Assembly: GCA_040954595.2 (NCBI GenBank)
Contig: CM082591.2
Coordinates: 4,015,957-4,079,956, forward strand
Reading direction: 5' to 3'
Length of the DNA stretch: 64,000 nt
From: Balanoglossus misakiensis
Lineage: Eukaryota; Animalia; Hemichordata
How positions within the stretch are numbered: position 1 is the first letter of the stretch; each line of letters starts with the position of its first letter. The translations under genes were made by a program, and so were the position numbers. This document shows, piece by piece, positions 62,701 to 64,000 of the stretch. The notes beneath the pieces are model-generated. The model worked only from the letters and a program-made list of their open reading frames with translations. It had not been told where the DNA came from and did not search any database.

Positions 62701-63292
62701 TTCCTTCTGCTTGTTTACAGGTGATGATGACATTGCTGGCAATGACAATAGCAGTGAAGGCGTCGACAATTACATTTATATCAACTCGGATTACCAAACT
62801 GTGACCTACACCATCATCTGCTCTCTGGTCATGTTAGTGGTCGTCATTGTCTGCGTCGTCGGGGCACTGCATCACTACAGACGGCGCTTGCGCTTCCGAT
62901 ACCAACTGGCCATGGCGAACATACGTCGGCGCCAGCGGCCCCGGTCGAATATTTACGTGCCGCCGCCGATACTACCCTCGATCCGCACGCAGATCGACGG
63001 GCAGGCGGACCCCGACCAGACGCACGTGCTGATGCGCTACAGCATCAACAACGGCGTGCAGATCATTACGCTGGGGGAGGAACGCAACGCGGTGTCGCCG
63101 TGCTCCACGACGACCAGCCAGAGCTCGCCGCTGGTCAACGACGAAGCGCCCCCAACGTACTGGGACGTCGTGCACGGAGACAACTCCAGGAGGCACTCGT
63201 CGTCGTCAAGCCCCGAGGGCTCGCCGAAATCAGCTGATTCGCCACCGCCGCCCTATCCGGGTCTCCGACAGCAACAAATCGAAAATTCGTAA
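59743..63292 (+). CDS. LDLRAD3: LDLRAD3-like type I membrane protein: signal peptide, LDLa x2, EGF x2, LDLa x2, TM, PY-motif tail; 8 exons, ~471 aa
   Basis: Exons: 59743-59842, 60849-60998, 61170-61280, 61441-61566, 61757-61873, 62124-62237, 62468-62593, 62721-63292; all introns phase 1. LDLa signatures (CDG...C.DG.DE.NC), EGF signatures (C.NGG.C). The [29 protein letters not shown] and the cytoplasmic [13 protein letters not shown] and PPPPY segments match vertebrate LDLRAD3 features as I recall them (YAII...LHHQRKR, YNVNNGIQY, PPSY, PPPY). Confidence 0.82.
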
Positions 63293-64000
63293 CAATGGTG
63301 GCTTTTCGTGCGTCAAATAGACCTCGATAAAGAACCACCCTGGTCTGTGAGAGGTACACACAAGCAGACCCCTGACATTATTTTCAGCAAATTTTTCACA
63401 TCGTCTTTATAAAAATATTTAAGACCTACATCTGTATATATTTACATTATTCTAAACAGACTTTGTGTTTTTTTATAAGTTCAGCACACAAAGTGTGTGG
63501 TCAGTTTTAGTGTTGTTGTCAAGTCATTTATCTGACATGAAATGTTAAAAAATTGTCTAAATGTATTTTAAAGTCATCTAGACCATGATGAAATTTTTAC
63601 CAGTTTTTCATTACTTTGCCATATTTGATTGGTTCAGAATTTTTTCTCATATTGGTCATCAATGCTCCATTTCACGTATCCAGAAATGATTGTAGAATTG
63701 TAGATACATTGTCGCTACATAAAATCATGATAATAAATCAGCTATATTTTTCAATATATTGTGACTAAAACTTTAAATCTACAATTAGATTCAACTTCTA
63801 ATAGATTTTATGAATTTTATACCTACGGTATTGATTTTTTTTGACACAGTATCGACATACTTAATGTTTGAATGTTCCCCAGATTTTATCATCTTTAATC
63901 ATGTGCTTAGAGAAAATAACAAAATATGATTTACAATATGCCAGTATATAAGTTATGAGAAAGACCCACTTTTTGTATGTAAAGTTATTAATTATACATG

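Overview
Eukaryotic, animal-type genomic DNA with GT-AG introns and AATAAA signals; the gene content suggests an invertebrate, but the species cannot be fixed from sequence alone. Left half: a ~30-kb AT-rich satellite (88-bp unit, ~250 copies, 2251-32238) lies between two convergent uronyl-2-O-sulfotransferase (UST/HS2ST)-like genes. Nested in it is a 14-copy tandem array of a ~553-bp unit (5997-13825). Each unit has an 82-bp compound palindrome followed by an apparent RNA polymerase III type-2 unit (A box, B box, T8 terminator) specifying a ~80-nt tRNA-like RNA with no 3' acceptor strand. Right half: two more intronless UST-like genes, both with substitutions at catalytic positions; two head-to-head 17-exon LARGE-like glycosyltransferases whose xylosyltransferase domains have lost their key motifs; a two-exon secreted 6-cysteine peptide precursor that the ORF track misses; and an LDLRAD3-like receptor with two inserted EGF repeats. 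Exon structures were read by hand from splice sites and reading-frame continuity.
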